Made by a program: the position numbers and the translations under genes. A stretch of 63,270 nt of DNA, the filler included, from Sphacelaria rigidula (taxonomy: Eukaryota): NCBI GenBank assembly GCA_964200075.2. It is 7 parts of 7 records of this genome, joined end to end, with 100 filler letters (N's around TTAATTAATTAA, not from the genome) between each part and the next. Parts side by side here need not be neighbours in the genome. Positions count along the whole stretch, not along the records: positions 18,110 to 27,062 come from CAXNAA020009666.1; positions 27,163 to 36,115 come from CAXNAA020009667.1; positions 36,216 to 45,167 come from CAXNAA020009668.1; 4 more parts are not named here. The stretch is one strand, 5' to 3'. The notes under the pieces were generated by a model, which was not told where the DNA came from, made no database searches, and saw nothing but the letters and a program-made list of their open reading frames with translations. Position 1 is the stretch's first letter, and the number at the start of each line of letters is the position of its first letter. Positions 23,601-36,708 of this stretch are shown here, one piece after another.

Positions 23601-26600
23601 GTTCGTGGATTTCTTCCTGGCACCTCAGACCGTCGGAGGTGGTGAGTTCGAGTACGGTGCTCGTGTTATGCAGTCGCCGAATTATACCGTGAGGCGATCG
23701 TCGGCATGGTTCGTTCGCATCTCGATTTTTTTATAGCGTAGTATCGCCGCCCACCCAATTCGAAGTAAGTAGCTGTTCGTCTGCCGTAGTCTATTTGTTC
23801 GATACTTCTACCGCCGAGGCGCGTGGTTCGGTACAGCACACTGCCCCACAGTCCACCACAATATTTATTCCACAAACATAGCGAACATCGCACGCTGTCC
23901 GTCCCGGCATCCCGCCATTACCTTGCCGTGAACTTGTTTCGCATGCAGCAATCTTATATGCACCTCCATCCACCGGGCACTGACGCGACTGTTCGACACG
24001 CACTGCAGCGCCGGCACCCCAGCGTACATCGACGAACTATACACCCAATTCGACAACTGCGTGGGCGAGAACAAGAATCACATCGTCTTAACGTACCTGG
24101 GTTCTCTGGTGGCTCGAGGCATAATCGGACGGGTTGAGGTCAATATCATGATGGCTGGACATACCCACACCATGATCGACCAGGTCTTCTCGAGGTGTGT
24201 ACAAAGATGTGTGCGTCAAAGTTGAAGATCGGTATCGAATTGAAGAACAAATCGTGATCAGAACAGTCGATCATGCGCACGGACGTGGAAGACCGAGAAG
24301 CCGACATTGGTCGATTCGAATCAAAATCTAGAATAGATAATCGATTGTTCACACTCCCTGGTCTGCTCGTGGCGGGGCTATTCTCTCTTTATGTTCAGCT
24401 GTCTTAGAGTGCCCTCTTGCGGTTCTGTTTGGGTTCTTATTTATTATTTGTGTGCTTGTTTCTCGAGAGGCTCGAAAGAAGCAATGAAAACTCTTTTGCA
24501 AGGCACAGCAGGGATGGTATTGGCAAGACTAGCGCACGTCTGTGACCACGACAGGTCGGGCTAGTGTGCGGAAATAATACTAATGACGATAATACTAGTA
24601 ATAATAATAATTTACATATTTCGCGTAATTTATGAACAAAACGGATGGAATGGTGATGCCAGCTACCCAAAATCCCCGTACTTTCTACGGCTGCACTCGT
24701 TCACCACTACTTCTAATCCCACAGCCGGGGAGCAACACCGCACAACCGCACACCACACATCACACAACACCTCGCGGCGGACCAGGCTGTTTCTGGACAC
24801 AGAGTAAAGTTTTACAAGAGTCCTGTGCCCGGATAGGTCTTACGGAGTTGCCAATTGGACGACAGACCCAAATCCCCGCGATGTGTTTGGCACCAACGCG
24901 GACAGTACGCGCGTATGGCACACGTAGGGATGAGTTCTTGCGACAAAGCACCGAGAATGCGTGCAACCTATATCGTATATGTTTTTCACCGCATCAACTG
25001 CGGCTAGACTGTGTTATTGGTGAACGTGGGGGACCTCCGACAGCAACGCATGATTGCGAAATAAAAAATGCGACTGGATCATCCGGCTGTGATGTATGGC
25101 CTCGCTCATCCCACGGTTAGGCCCCGACCCTAACCGTAACCCTAACCCCAATGAGATGGAGGGTTCCTACAAATTCACCCCTGCCGTGGGATCACTCAGT
25201 AAACCTTTGTAATTTACCGCGCTAAAGTATCTTGGCACTTGGGCTGGGAATCGGCTGTAACTTCCAACCTAGGTAGAAATATTCAGGACCGAGACCGGGG
25301 TTAGGTTCGTATTCGCAAAACCTCACTCTTCCTATTTTGAACGAAATCTGAGACATCAAGTCACAGAATATATCGCAAATTCCCGCCAACTAAAAAACAC
25401 GAAATAAAAGCCCGGAGCACATCCTGCAAGTAATGCCGTTACGCGGGTGATCTTTTCCGGTGTCAAATCATGTGCGGTATCAGTACGACTCTCGCAGGGG
25501 TAAGAAGATATGGTGCACAGTACATGAGCGTCCACACATATCTCGATGTCACGAGTTATGTTGGACATTGAAGGGCCAGTGTGCAGGTGGAAGTATGTGA
25601 TCGATGACCACATCTGGTACTTAATTACGATTGTTTTACAGGATTGCTGTACACTGCAGGGGCTCTTGCCTGTTCACAAGACAACAGCAGGCAGAGGCCT
25701 TCAGTGCTGCGTACACGAGGTTGCTCGTCTACACGACCACTCTCCGCTCCTTGGACAACTTCAAAGGGGCCCTGACAGACGGCGGTCGCGTGTTTCCCAT
25801 CGTTGGCATAACCTTGCCGCGGTCGTTCGAGATCCGGCCTGCGGGGCCGGCCCAGGTCAGCGTTGGTATGAAATAGTACATGCACAAGCCTGACTTCACC
25901 GGGATAACGTCTCCCGGTGTATTCGAAGGCCCCCCACACTCACTTTTCCGAGCGGGTGTCCCAGATATGGAGTTAGCACCTCCCTTCAACCTGAAGGTCG
26001 TCGATGCAGTCGCGCGGGCATGCGTTCTGGCCCGCTACAATGCCGTGCACTGTCGCCTAGCGTCCCTCTACCCCCTAGGTGCGCGTACACCGGAGATTCC
26101 CCGTCTTTATATTGTGCCGCACAAACTATCCTCGAGTGATCGCGCGTGCACGGTTTTTGCTGTCGTACCCCACCTTGTCGTCATGATTGTTCCGCTTGAC
26201 GCATCCCCGACTTTAGTAACCGGTGTTGATGTAGTCCTTGGTCAGCGGTCTCACGATGTGCTCGAACCCTGAGTCTGTACCCGCCGTACGGCAGAATATC
26301 AAAAGGGTGTAATATTTTGAAGGCTCGTTATCCTCTGTCCTCTCAGCACATGTTGATTGTTTTCGTGAAAACAATGGCGCTTAGAGATGGAGGACACCCC
26401 CAACGCAAGGTAGACAGCGAGGCTGGGGGCAACCGAAGTACCCAAGAGTACAATACAGGGATTCAACATGGCGTCTCTGCGTTAACCCGGGGTACTCAAA
26501 GTTGCAGTTGAGGGTCAATTTGCGGAGGGTTCAGTACTGACAGTTTCATTTGCGGGTAGGGCGGTCGGGGTAGACCTCTGTTCCCACATTTTGTTTTTGT

Positions 26601-27062
26601 TTTCGTCGACGACGTACCAGTGTGTACTTCTGCGCGCATCGTGTTACGGAAGAGGCAGGCCGCAAAAGCCGGCAACCTCTATTCCAGGTTGGGTATTTAT
26701 ATGTTTTCCTGCTTGGTCTAGTTATGAGTTTGTTACCAACCCTTTTTTTAACGGTTTGTATATGATTGTCCTTCACTTTCCTCCAATGAGTGTCCCAGTT
26801 CCGGTCGTCGTACTGTTACCACGGCTCGATTGCTGGGGGATCATTTGCTGCGCGGCGATCAATTAAACAATCATCTTGCCGAACCAAAACCACGAGGAGG
26901 TCGCACACTAGCCGCCCCTGATCCCATCAGACCGCACGCGTGCTCGCAGATTTGGAGAGGCAGGAGACAATCAAAAATGAAATGGCTACCTCCCACAGAC
27001 TACTCGGCGCAAAGGGCTCCGTGCCTTGGAATCTACCTTGCCACTGGCTGCGGCGTAACGAC

Positions 27063-27162
27063 NNNNNNNNNNNNNNNNNNNNNNNNNNNNNNNNNNNNNN
27101 NNNNNNTTAATTAATTAANNNNNNNNNNNNNNNNNNNNNNNNNNNNNNNNNNNNNNNNNNNN
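27063..27162. other. artificial scaffold spacer
   Basis: 100 nt N/TTAATTAATTAA/N. Confidence 0.98.
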
Positions 27163-29395
27163 CGCCAAAGAGGGCGGGCGGCCGGGGGACGGCGGGCGGA
27201 TTGGTGGCAGGCTCTAGTGTTGAAGGTGTAACGAGAAAAATATATATCCTCGTTCTTCGAGTTATTGAAAGATAATGAGGGAAAACGCGATATGGTAAAA
27301 TAAAATAAAAAGAACGCGACCGGATCAATTCACGAGGACGCGCACTCGTTCATGGCCTTTTGGTTCAGGAACAAAAACCACGAGCAACCAAAAACCCTGG
27401 TGGGCATCCGTCGTGGCAAATAACCACATACACCAGCGACACGTATGGGAAAGTGTACCACCTCGTAGCAATCCGATAAACCCGTCCTTGCACCAGCTCC
27501 GCTGTGTATTGGCTCCTGAATCGGGTTGTTCTTGGGCAAGCTGCTGGGCGCAGCGGGGGGCGACAAGGTCCCAACCCAAACTCAAACCCGTTCAATGTAA
27601 TCAGGGGCAGCGCACGCGCGCACGGAAACGCGACCATCGAGCGATTCATCTCCGGAAGATTGCGAGTGATTGCCACGAGTCACCCCACCTCGCACCTCAC
27701 CCTACGGCTGTTATACAGGACTTGGCTTGCACAAGCAAAACTCCTACCCTAAGCAGTAGTAGCAGACACCCATAGCAGTACTGCGTGTCGAAGGAATTTG
27801 CCGTGTAGGGAGAAGAATATGCATCACATGTGGAGACCACGGCACCATCATGCCGCCGCGTCCCTTTGGCCCGACTGGTAAAACTGAAACTGGGTAGGTC
27901 GGTCAAATCCGCGTTCATTTCCCCGCAAGTCGTCGTCGTCGTCGTTATTGGCGTTGTCTTCACATGAGTAATTGTTCCGATATCTGCTCAGTACTTTTAT
28001 TTCCGTTTTGGGCATCTGATGCGAACGCCTTCCGTGGCCACAGCTTAACTGCCCAAAATAACGTGTAAGGAAACAAATAAAATAGGAGCCAGAAACCTCC
28101 ATACAGACGTGATACGAAATGAAAACAAATACTGCTAACCCTTGAAGTTCCGGTGCCGCAGGCGACCATTTGGGCTACCGGAGGCAGAGCCCAAGGTTCC
28201 GACTGGACACGCGAAGCCGAACAGAAACAGAGCCAAGCTCGGCAGTACCGAAGTTCACTAACCACAACAGCAGGAATTGCACGGTCCTATCCTTGTACGG
28301 GACACCCATATGTACAAGTCTGCCAGGCAAAACAAGAAAAGCACCACAGTGCAACACACCACCTCGGGGGATGGGAACACTCGAGTGCAAGAACTAGTAG
28401 GAACAAGGGATACATGAGAGATGGTGGGGATTTCTACCACCTTCGCCATGTTCAATCTGGCACATACCTGGCTACACGTTCTGCCATCTTCCTCCTACTC
28501 TGCATTTTCGTTGTTTATCGCTAGGAATTTCGAGTAGTAATGAAGGATAATGCTTGAGAAAAACTCAAGAACTACAACAACTACGAATTCTGAAAACTTC
28601 CGATGCTGACTACTATATGCCTTCTCGATGATGGCCGGCTTCAGCGTGCGCGATTTGGTGTTGCGCAGGACTGCACCTGGGTGTTTCTCTATGATGATTC
28701 TCTCTAAATTTCAATGAGCAGAATGCGAGGGCGTGCGTACCAAATAAATTGTATTAGCCGACATTCGACACGGCATGAGTGTGCTGATCCTACCCGCAAT
28801 ACAAATATGTCAGGCGTGTACAATGGGAAAGACGGGTTGATCCCCTGAGACGACGGACTCGTCCCGAGGCAGGAGAGGAGATGAAAATTTGACGAGAAAG
28901 AACAAACTTGTGCGTGCAGAACTTCGTCCGGTCGGCCAGTAGGATGTTTTGTTGCGGTCACCATCAGTAACCTCAGCACAATAAACATCGGAATATGTTG
29001 GAAGCTAAGTGCCACCTACGCTATCCGGAAGGACGTACGCTCATTCGAACACTCTGGCCGGGCTGTGACGTGTGACAGGAGCGGACGCTGGGACAGAAGC
29101 GATGGGCCAAGATCGCGGGAAAGCTTCGATTACGGGCAAAGAAGCAAGGTGCGGGGTAGCTTCCCTGCCGCGTAGGTGTTCCCTGGATGACGCCCTACTG
29201 CTTGTGCCACTTATACTTCGGGCAGACTAGAAAATTTGGGAAATGAAATAAACGCGGTTCAGTTGCCGACTGTAGGAGATTAGAGGCACACAATTACCAG
29301 CTAGCTGCCAGTGCAAGCAGAATTGCCAGTGGCCTATGGAAATCTAGTTTGGGAATGAACGCTTTGGTTGATTACTTGCTTATATCGAACATATC

Positions 29396-29453
29396 GTTGC
29401 TGTCGCTGTCGCTGTCGCTGTTGCTGTTGTTGTTGTTGTTGTTGTTGTTGTCG
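29396..29453. repeat. compound (GCTGTC)n/(GTT)n microsatellite
   Basis: Direct reading. Confidence 0.9.
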
Positions 29454-30939
29454 CGGAAATATGTACTCAAGAGGCCTGTTTTGAAATACGGGGGTCAGAT
29501 ATTTACTCTGTGGAGAAATGGATAAATTGCTGGTTCACAGAGGCTCATTTCCATCATGGCGGATACATTCTCAAATGCACCCTCTCGAAGACCATCGCCC
29601 ATATGGCCTGCCGGCTTCAGTAATAGCATGGACTACAGTTGTTTGGTACCTCCAGGTACATCGGTTGCCTTAGGTGGTGATGTTGAAACAAACGATATAG
29701 TGGAAACAATACTTTGTTTCGAGTATCACGATACCCCTCTTGACGCCGTGGGTCGCGTTTCTTCGTGTTTGATTCTCCATATTTGTGTTCTGCTTTATGC
29801 AGAAGCACAGAACCGACAGAGGCTGGGGAAGGCGGCGACCCCGGGGGAAAAAGCGAAGGTGTTGGCGGAGCTGGAGAGGGAGTATTTGGTAAAGCGGAGC
29901 ATCCAGGGAACGAAGAGCGACAGGTCGAGCAAGTGCACCGCTCATGCTTTCTAATTTGTAGGTCATTTTTGGGGTCGCCGTCAGCACTGCAGCACAATAC
30001 AGCGTGCAAACCATGGGCGCAGCAGTAATGTAAGCTCAGTGCAATGTACCGATTCTAGAGAACGGTCATCTCGGCAGTGATGGTCATGCCTTGGTTGCAT
30101 TTTCTGGTTACCTCAAGGACTACTTTCCTTCATATATGAGTGCACGGGAGTTAAGTATCCTCATCAGAAACCTCATAAGCGAGTATTTTTCCCCACGGAC
30201 ATCGACGACCACCGTGGACGGCGGGTGAGCGCAGCCTTACATACCTACAGTACACATTTACTTAGATTTCAGTCGCCGGAATTCTCTTTTATCCTCACCT
30301 TTTCCCTCCCCTTTTTTTTTATATAAAACCTGTCACGAAACACGAACTACTAGCTTTTTTGTTCCGATGGTCATCCTTTGGACCCCGCCCGTTCCTCCCG
30401 ACGAGCCGGTCCGTGTCTCAAGTGATCACCCCATCTCTCCCTTGGCACATGTCGGACATTTTGGTATCGCGGATTGAATCATGACCGACACTCTTGCACC
30501 CTCGGCGACATTCGTTTTCTTTTATCCTACTGTTCACACCATCACGTTATAAACGATGAAAATCAGGAACTCCTCGAAAAAAGACAGCCGTATCTGCCGG
30601 TATACGAATCCGTTACTGGATCCTATCCATTTTGAACAGGCGCAACTTTCGTGAAAGAGTTCTCGACGTTGAAAGGACCAAGAGTCAGCCTTTTGGTATT
30701 CATGGGTTATGATTTGACACAGAATCTTGAGCAATCTCCGGGGTACGCGTGCTTGGCTGTAGCGCAGCCACCGACGATGTTGGCGAAAACATATTCACTG
30801 CGTGTAACGAGTGCCGGCGCCGAACGTGGATCGGGCTTTCGCCACCCGAACGAGAGCCTTGTGTTAACGAATAACGCCTGTCCAGGATATGAACACCTAC
30901 CTGTGATATTCATCCGGATTATAATACCCATTTGGGCTA

Positions 30940-31099
30940 TCCATCTGGGATGCCAATGTTCAACCGAGTCTCTCTGAAACGTCAAATCTGCCTGGGATGT
31001 CAATCTGGAAGATCCCGTGGGATGTCCATATCATAGATGGGTATCCAGACGCGATATTTCAGATGGACTTCCGGCAAAGATATCTCCATCCCAGATGGA
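30940..31099. repeat. small inverted-repeat element (MITE-like)
   Basis: TCCATCTGGGATG (30940-30952) pairs with CATCCCAGATGGA (31087-31099). TGGGATG and AGATGG motifs recur internally. Confidence 0.5.
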
Positions 31100-31779
31100 G
31101 ATTGCACGTGATAAGAGGCCGTACGTGATGTGTTTTGTAGGTACATGCACCTGTCTTTACTTGTGCGTGCATATGTGCATATGTTTATGTCTCTGTGTCT
31201 ATGCGCTTGATGCCCGCGTCCAATTGCAATGCTTCAACTCGTCATGCTCGCAAGCATGACATGTATGTACGGCTGTGCGATCCTAGCGGAATGATGCGCC
31301 TGTTGGATGCGCACATGATTTATGCACGTTTGTAATTCCGTTATATTAGTGTACCCAAATGTTATGACTTAAATTACGGCAGGTTGGAAGCTACTACAGA
31401 AGCGTTGCGTTCAGGAGAAAAAGGTCTTCCTCCCAACTTGATCATCAAGGGAGCCCTAAAAAGGGCCAAGCCGTCGAACACGTGAGAGCCACCCTACCTA
31501 TACGAGCTATAATGATTGATGGGGTGTAACACTACCAGTAATAGGAATTGCAACGATTCCACCCCTGCGGTAGCGCTAAATATACTTGAACGCATAAGGG
31601 GCGGAAGACGAAAATGCGTATCTGTGAAGGTGAGCCACACCTGTGAACACCAAATGAAATAGGTCCGCCTGTATGTACATACATGGACAGAAAGTGTACT
31701 TGTAGGCTACGCCTTTGACGGCTGCGAGTCCCTTGGGGTCTTTCCTGCAAAAGCAGCATCCGTGAAATGAAGGTCAAAC

Positions 31780-32230
31780 TTCCATCAAGTTCGAACGTTG
31801 GATGAGCACCAACCAACAGTCCGCACAGCCATCAGAGGGTTGACAGACAATGCTGCTTGCATTTACCCGTCCTCATCCAACGCATGGACCGGAGCACCGT
31901 ACTTCACCACTATCGTCAACGTAGTTGCGCCAATACGAACATGCTTGTGTTCATGTTGGTCATACTCCAACCCACGCCCCCTTACCTCAGAACGAGCTCG
32001 TAGGCTCAAGATATTTCCCTGTCTCTCCTCTAGCAACAATGCTAGTGACATTGTTGTTCATGCCCGTGAATGCTCTTCCCGAAGGTAGACCATTGGCACC
32101 AACCAGCTGCGGAGTAAACAATGGGCGGATATCTTCATATTTCATCGTGTGATATACCGCATCATGCCGTTTCATTAAACCTGCAGTGGAAGCACAAATT
32201 AATGCTGATGTGGGTTGTGCTATATTTGAA
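31780..32230 (-). pseudogene. degenerate ankyrin-repeat coding remnant
   Basis: Across stops and frameshifts: PTSALICASTAG ... IVVKYGAPVHALDEDG* MQAALSVNPLMAVR / LLVGAHPTF. This resembles the ankyrin consensus G.T.L..A..G....V..LL..GA.V...D. Confidence 0.45.
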
Positions 32231-32242
32231 CATGAACTTATG

Positions 32243-32335
32243 GATATAGATATAGATATAGGTATATCCAAACATAAACTTATAGATATAGATATAGATA
32301 TAGATATAGATATAGATATAGATATAGATATAGAT
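32243..32335. repeat. (TATAGA)n microsatellite, interrupted
   Basis: Direct reading. Confidence 0.92.
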
Positions 32336-33005
32336 GCTCGAGAAACAATGTGATGCTTGGTGCTAACTTGAATTCATCCCTCGATCGCACGCCTCGCCCT
32401 TGAATACTCGTTTTACGAATGTGTTGCGCAGTGCTGAGCAAAGCACGTCCGTCCGAGATCGGCTGAAAGCTGCTAAAGAGAAAAATAATGCACTGGAGGA
32501 TGATGCCGAACACTGGCAAAGTGGGCCTTCGGGGTGAGACTTTTAGTGATTTGTTTAAATAATGCCAAGCGAGAATAGTCGATGATTGAACTTTCTATGT
32601 AAGGGCTATTGAAGTGTGCCCATCGAGTGTTTTCGCGTCGTATTGGAATGATTCTACGGTAGGGGTGCACTTTTTTCTCTAAAGATCAGTTCATATATGG
32701 CTATCCACGCTCGGTGTAATCGCTTTAGTCTATCGCGAATTATTTCCTTGCGTGCTCGGCCGCTGGGTTCTTAACTGCGAGCTCTGAGTCTGCAAGTGAC
32801 GAGGGCATGCACGACAGTACAGCACACAATATGCAGTTGAGAACTTCAAATTACCAACCAAAACAGCGGTACTCGGAGGTTAGTCTGTAATGCAGAGCAC
32901 GAGGCAGATGTTTGGTTGCTGGGGTATACCTCCAATATCCATTGTCATGAAGGTCGCGTAATGCAAAACTCCACATTATGGTCTCTCGATTGACTTCTTG
33001 CAATG

Positions 33006-33594
33006 AATGGAGTCACAAGCCCTTATTGCAATGGAATCCTAAACCCACAATCAATGTCCATCCGATTCAAAAGAAATTTGTGAGGCTTACCTGCATCCAA
33101 CGGTCTGGAACACATAATGTCAAACGAGAAGCATCGCTGCACCATTTAAAGAAACATTGGAATAAACGTCAGAGTAATGCTACGGTAGGGATGCACAAAT
33201 GTTTTCTGAGGTTAGAATCGTTGGGAGCCCTTTATTTCATTCAAAGCATAACTTATGAAAGTTATGAGAGTACACCATAATTACTATTTTCATGTGCCGG
33301 GGATTTCCCGAATGCAATTGCAAACGGGAAATGCCCTGACCCATATTCTTGTGCATCTAGAATCGTTAGAAGCCCCTGAACCAGACAAGTTTTTGCGCAA
33401 AATGTGCACCCCTACGGTAGCATCGCTCAATGGAGCCACAAGCCCTTATTGCAATGGAGTCCTAAACCCACAATCAATGTCTATCAGACTCAAGAGATTA
33501 TTGTGAGGCTTACCTGCACCCAACGTTCTGGAACACATAATGTCAAACGAGAAGCATCGCTTCATCATCTGAAGAAGCATCAGAATAAACGTCA
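33006..33594. mobile_element. 257-bp TIR element (33172-33428) flanked by a 166-bp direct duplication (33006-33171 and 33429-33594)
   Basis: TIRs GAGTAATGCTACGGTAGGGATGCACA / TGTGCACCCCTACGGTAGCATCGCTC. The same TIR motif occurs at 32654-32670 and 36278-36298. Both flanks start AATGGAGyCACAAGCCC and end AATAAACGTCA. Confidence 0.8.
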
Positions 33595-36115
33595 GTTAAA
33601 GTCATCCTCCGTATCTGATTTAACATCGCTAGGTCCGAGATAAGTTCCCCTTTCCTTCGCCACATGTACCCGACTCGTCAAGTCTATATATTTCATCGTC
33701 GGGCACTTGTACCGCACCAACCTCACGTTGTGCTTTTCAGCTTTGCTATATGTTCCCGTCGAATACGCCCTTCTAAATAGGCTATGTACTCACCTGGATC
33801 TACACTCTCTCTAGTACCGATGCTTCGTGTGCGAGTGCTAGCATTTTCATGCAAAATCACTGATGCCCTCCTGCATCAGAGTAGCCCCATAGTGCCAAGG
33901 GATCACTCATTTTCTTCCCTTACATTTCCTTGCTTTCGAGCAGCGGATCGGTACAATCGTGTGATGTGATAAGACAAGGAGTATGAAGTTGCGCTGTCAA
34001 GATACGGGAAAGCACGAAGTTATCAAAGCCGCATAATATCCCGAACGCCTTCAACAACTCGGAGGGTAGTGTGGTTTGTGTGCAACGTTCGTGATTTGAT
34101 GTAGTTTTGAAGTGTTTGTATCCAAGATCGCAAAGGGAGCGCGGGAATTATCTCATACAGTATTTCGACGTACAATTTCGGTCCGGCTGTCTTATCGTGC
34201 CACCAACAGCACCGGAGGTTTGAGACAGGCTTGTTTCCAGATACTTCGTCAGAAGTGGTCTTGATTTCTGTGAGTTGTTATTGGCCCTTGCACGAAGAAC
34301 GAAACTGCACTATCTCGGGGAAGAAAGGGCAAGGGGGGGGGGGGGGGGGGGGGGGCCACGCGCAGAAAAAAAATAGAGCCGGGCTAAAGGGGCAGGGGGC
34401 GGTGGTTGGTCCCAGGTAGACGCCTTGTTGCTNNNNNNNNCAGGGGGGGGGGGGGGGGGGGGGGGGGGGTGGGGGGGGGGGGGAGGGGGGGGGGGGGGGG
34501 GGGGGGGGGCGGGGGCTACGCGCAGAACATAAATAGAGCCGTGCTTAATGGGCAAGGCGCGATTGTTGGTTCCATGTAGACTTCATGCTGCTTATGCGGG
34601 ATAGTATGAGTATTCTTTTTAGCGCTCTTTCAACTCCCTCCCGATTCAGGGGTCCCGTACTCGATAGATCGGCTAATCTTTCCACCTTCGGCTTCAATTT
34701 TGTTTCATACCTTGATAATTTCGACCCCCCACCCTCTCCTGGACGAGTGCGTAGTCTCGATGTATCAAGCTGTCTGTTCCCCCTGTAAGTGACTCCTGTT
34801 TTATTATCGAAGATGAAATCAGCACTCCCGCAGCGAGTCGGCTCCAGCAGAATTCCTTTGTCACTGACGCCCCCATGTATTCGACAACAGAAACCAAAAT
34901 GTTCTCCAAAACAAATGGCGTGCCTGTCGGGACTCTATCCCTGAAGCTCCTGCCCTAGTCGACTCAAGACGCGCCAGTTACACCCTCCGGGCAAGGTAGC
35001 CATACTTGCCCTGCACTCTATCACCGAGCATTGAAACATGACCATCAGCACTTCCGTAGTCTGTTGACTATCACCGGGCTATTGTGTCAGCTTCTATTCT
35101 CACATGAGAGGATCGTTGAAACCCGGGGAACAGCTCTCCTGCCGGGATTTGAGCCAAAACATTCCCCCCGAAGTAGTGCTTGTGACCCACTTTCATCCCC
35201 CCGGGCACGACGGAAGTGCCCTCCTCGTACAAAAATGCCTCGAATTCACTGATACACGAAGAGGGGTGACTGCCATTGTGCGCTGGAACCACTGCATCTG
35301 AGAACGGCCGTCGCAGTAATAGCCCGGACTAAATAATCACACGGTATTTTGACACTTTCTACGATAGCCCCCCCCCCAAAACCAGCCCAAAAGTGTCACG
35401 AAAAAAGGGTCACACAGCGCCTGATGTTTGGGTTTAGGCTGCATGAAACGCCTCATATTGGCAACAATAACGAGAACGAACCCAAGCGTGGGAATTCCCA
35501 GCTGCTCGTTGTGCTCGGCGTTTCCCATTTCGATTTACGTGAAAATTTTGCCTCCCAAAACCATGCTCTTTTGGGGGGGGGGGCTATCGCAGAAAGTGTC
35601 TTGTACTTTGCATGTTCAAATGTCCCGTGAAGACATGAGTTCCGAACCCTTCATCCGCGCTGCGTTCACCGTCTTGTGGGACCAAATTGCGACATTTAGT
35701 TGTTTTGTCCAGCCATACCAAAGAAGCTACAGAGTGATCCTAAACGAGGGGTGGGGCGGGGGGGACGGGGGTTCGATTCCACGGGAAAAGGTCCATGGGT
35801 GTGGTAAATGTCCTCGCATACTCGGAGTGCTCTTGTATGTGGGTGGAAACGGTGTCAAGCAGCATGAATGAGCGTTTTCCATCGATGACGACCGCGTTCG
35901 AACAAGTGTTGCTGCGTTTGTGGAAGACATGGCCTCAAATATCCCTCCCCCCCCCCTGCGGGGCTTTGTAGGGATGCGAGGTCAATAGTCTGATGACTAT
36001 GGCATGCATGATCATGAGTACACCCTCCCCCCCCCCCCCCGTCGACTTAATTTTATATACCCAAAAAGACAGGACAGCCTGTTTATACCCGCTAATGAGT
36101 GGTACCAATATACTA

Positions 36116-36215
36116 NNNNNNNNNNNNNNNNNNNNNNNNNNNNNNNNNNNNNNNNNNNNTTAATTAATTAANNNNNNNNNNNNNNNNNNNNNNNNNNNNN
36201 NNNNNNNNNNNNNNN
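36116..36215. other. artificial scaffold spacer
   Basis: 100 nt N/TTAATTAATTAA/N. Confidence 0.98.
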
Positions 36216-36708
36216 AAGTCGTGTTTTGGATGAGATACGAGGCTCCTAACAATTCCAACCTCAGAATTTTTTTCGGTACCCCTACCGTAGCATCACTCGA
36301 TAACACTGTCCGGTGCGATCCGGGACGACGAAACTGTTATATTTTTTGGTTTGGATATTATTCATCGACGTTTTTGACAACGTCTCTATTGCCTCTGATA
36401 CAACCAGAAATATGGGGATAAACAACCTTGTCGCGTCCAGGGGGAAACGCAAGGGTCAGGACGAAGTCACTCAATGTTTGACTTGTCACGGATCGCTGAA
36501 ACACCGTTGTTTCGACACTTACAGTCCGGGTCACTCATAGAGATTGACGACCTGGCATCTTACTCGCATAAAAGCGAATGTTCACACTCCCGTGTACGGC
36601 CCCTGTACGCTTCATATATAATGTGTAAAATTTGCACAGAGTAACCTTCCCATGTAAAACTATGAAGCGTGTCCATTCCAACATGATCATCAAGTTGCGT
36701 ATTGTCAC

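Larger units (their letters stand above)
18110..26078 (+). pseudogene. multi-exon DUF7869 / Sola-like DDD(E) transposase pseudogene
   Basis: Exons: <18110-18179, ~18931-19075, 19150-19253, 19334-19373, 21127-21265, 22277-22525, 23200-23361, 23553-23641, 23949-24194, 25642-~26078. Motifs in order: CSCGRK..CLQ, PVCC..LYG, FLERY..GQNMP..K|EVY, FMKCNAC..HLQ, FVSLQADTAAQ..LP, AVLVEG, LYTQFDNCVGENKN, GHTHTMIDQVFSR|IAV, GITLPRSF. Lesions: frameshift near 23340, phase mismatch at 23641/23949, in-frame TAG at 25874-25876. The first three exons are weaker calls. Confidence 0.82.

Noticed and set aside
34330-34585. Apparent ~100-bp tandem duplication with poly-G around a small N gap
   Set aside because: The first copy looks like a degraded read-through of the second after a G homopolymer, so it is probably a sequencing or gap-closing artefact.
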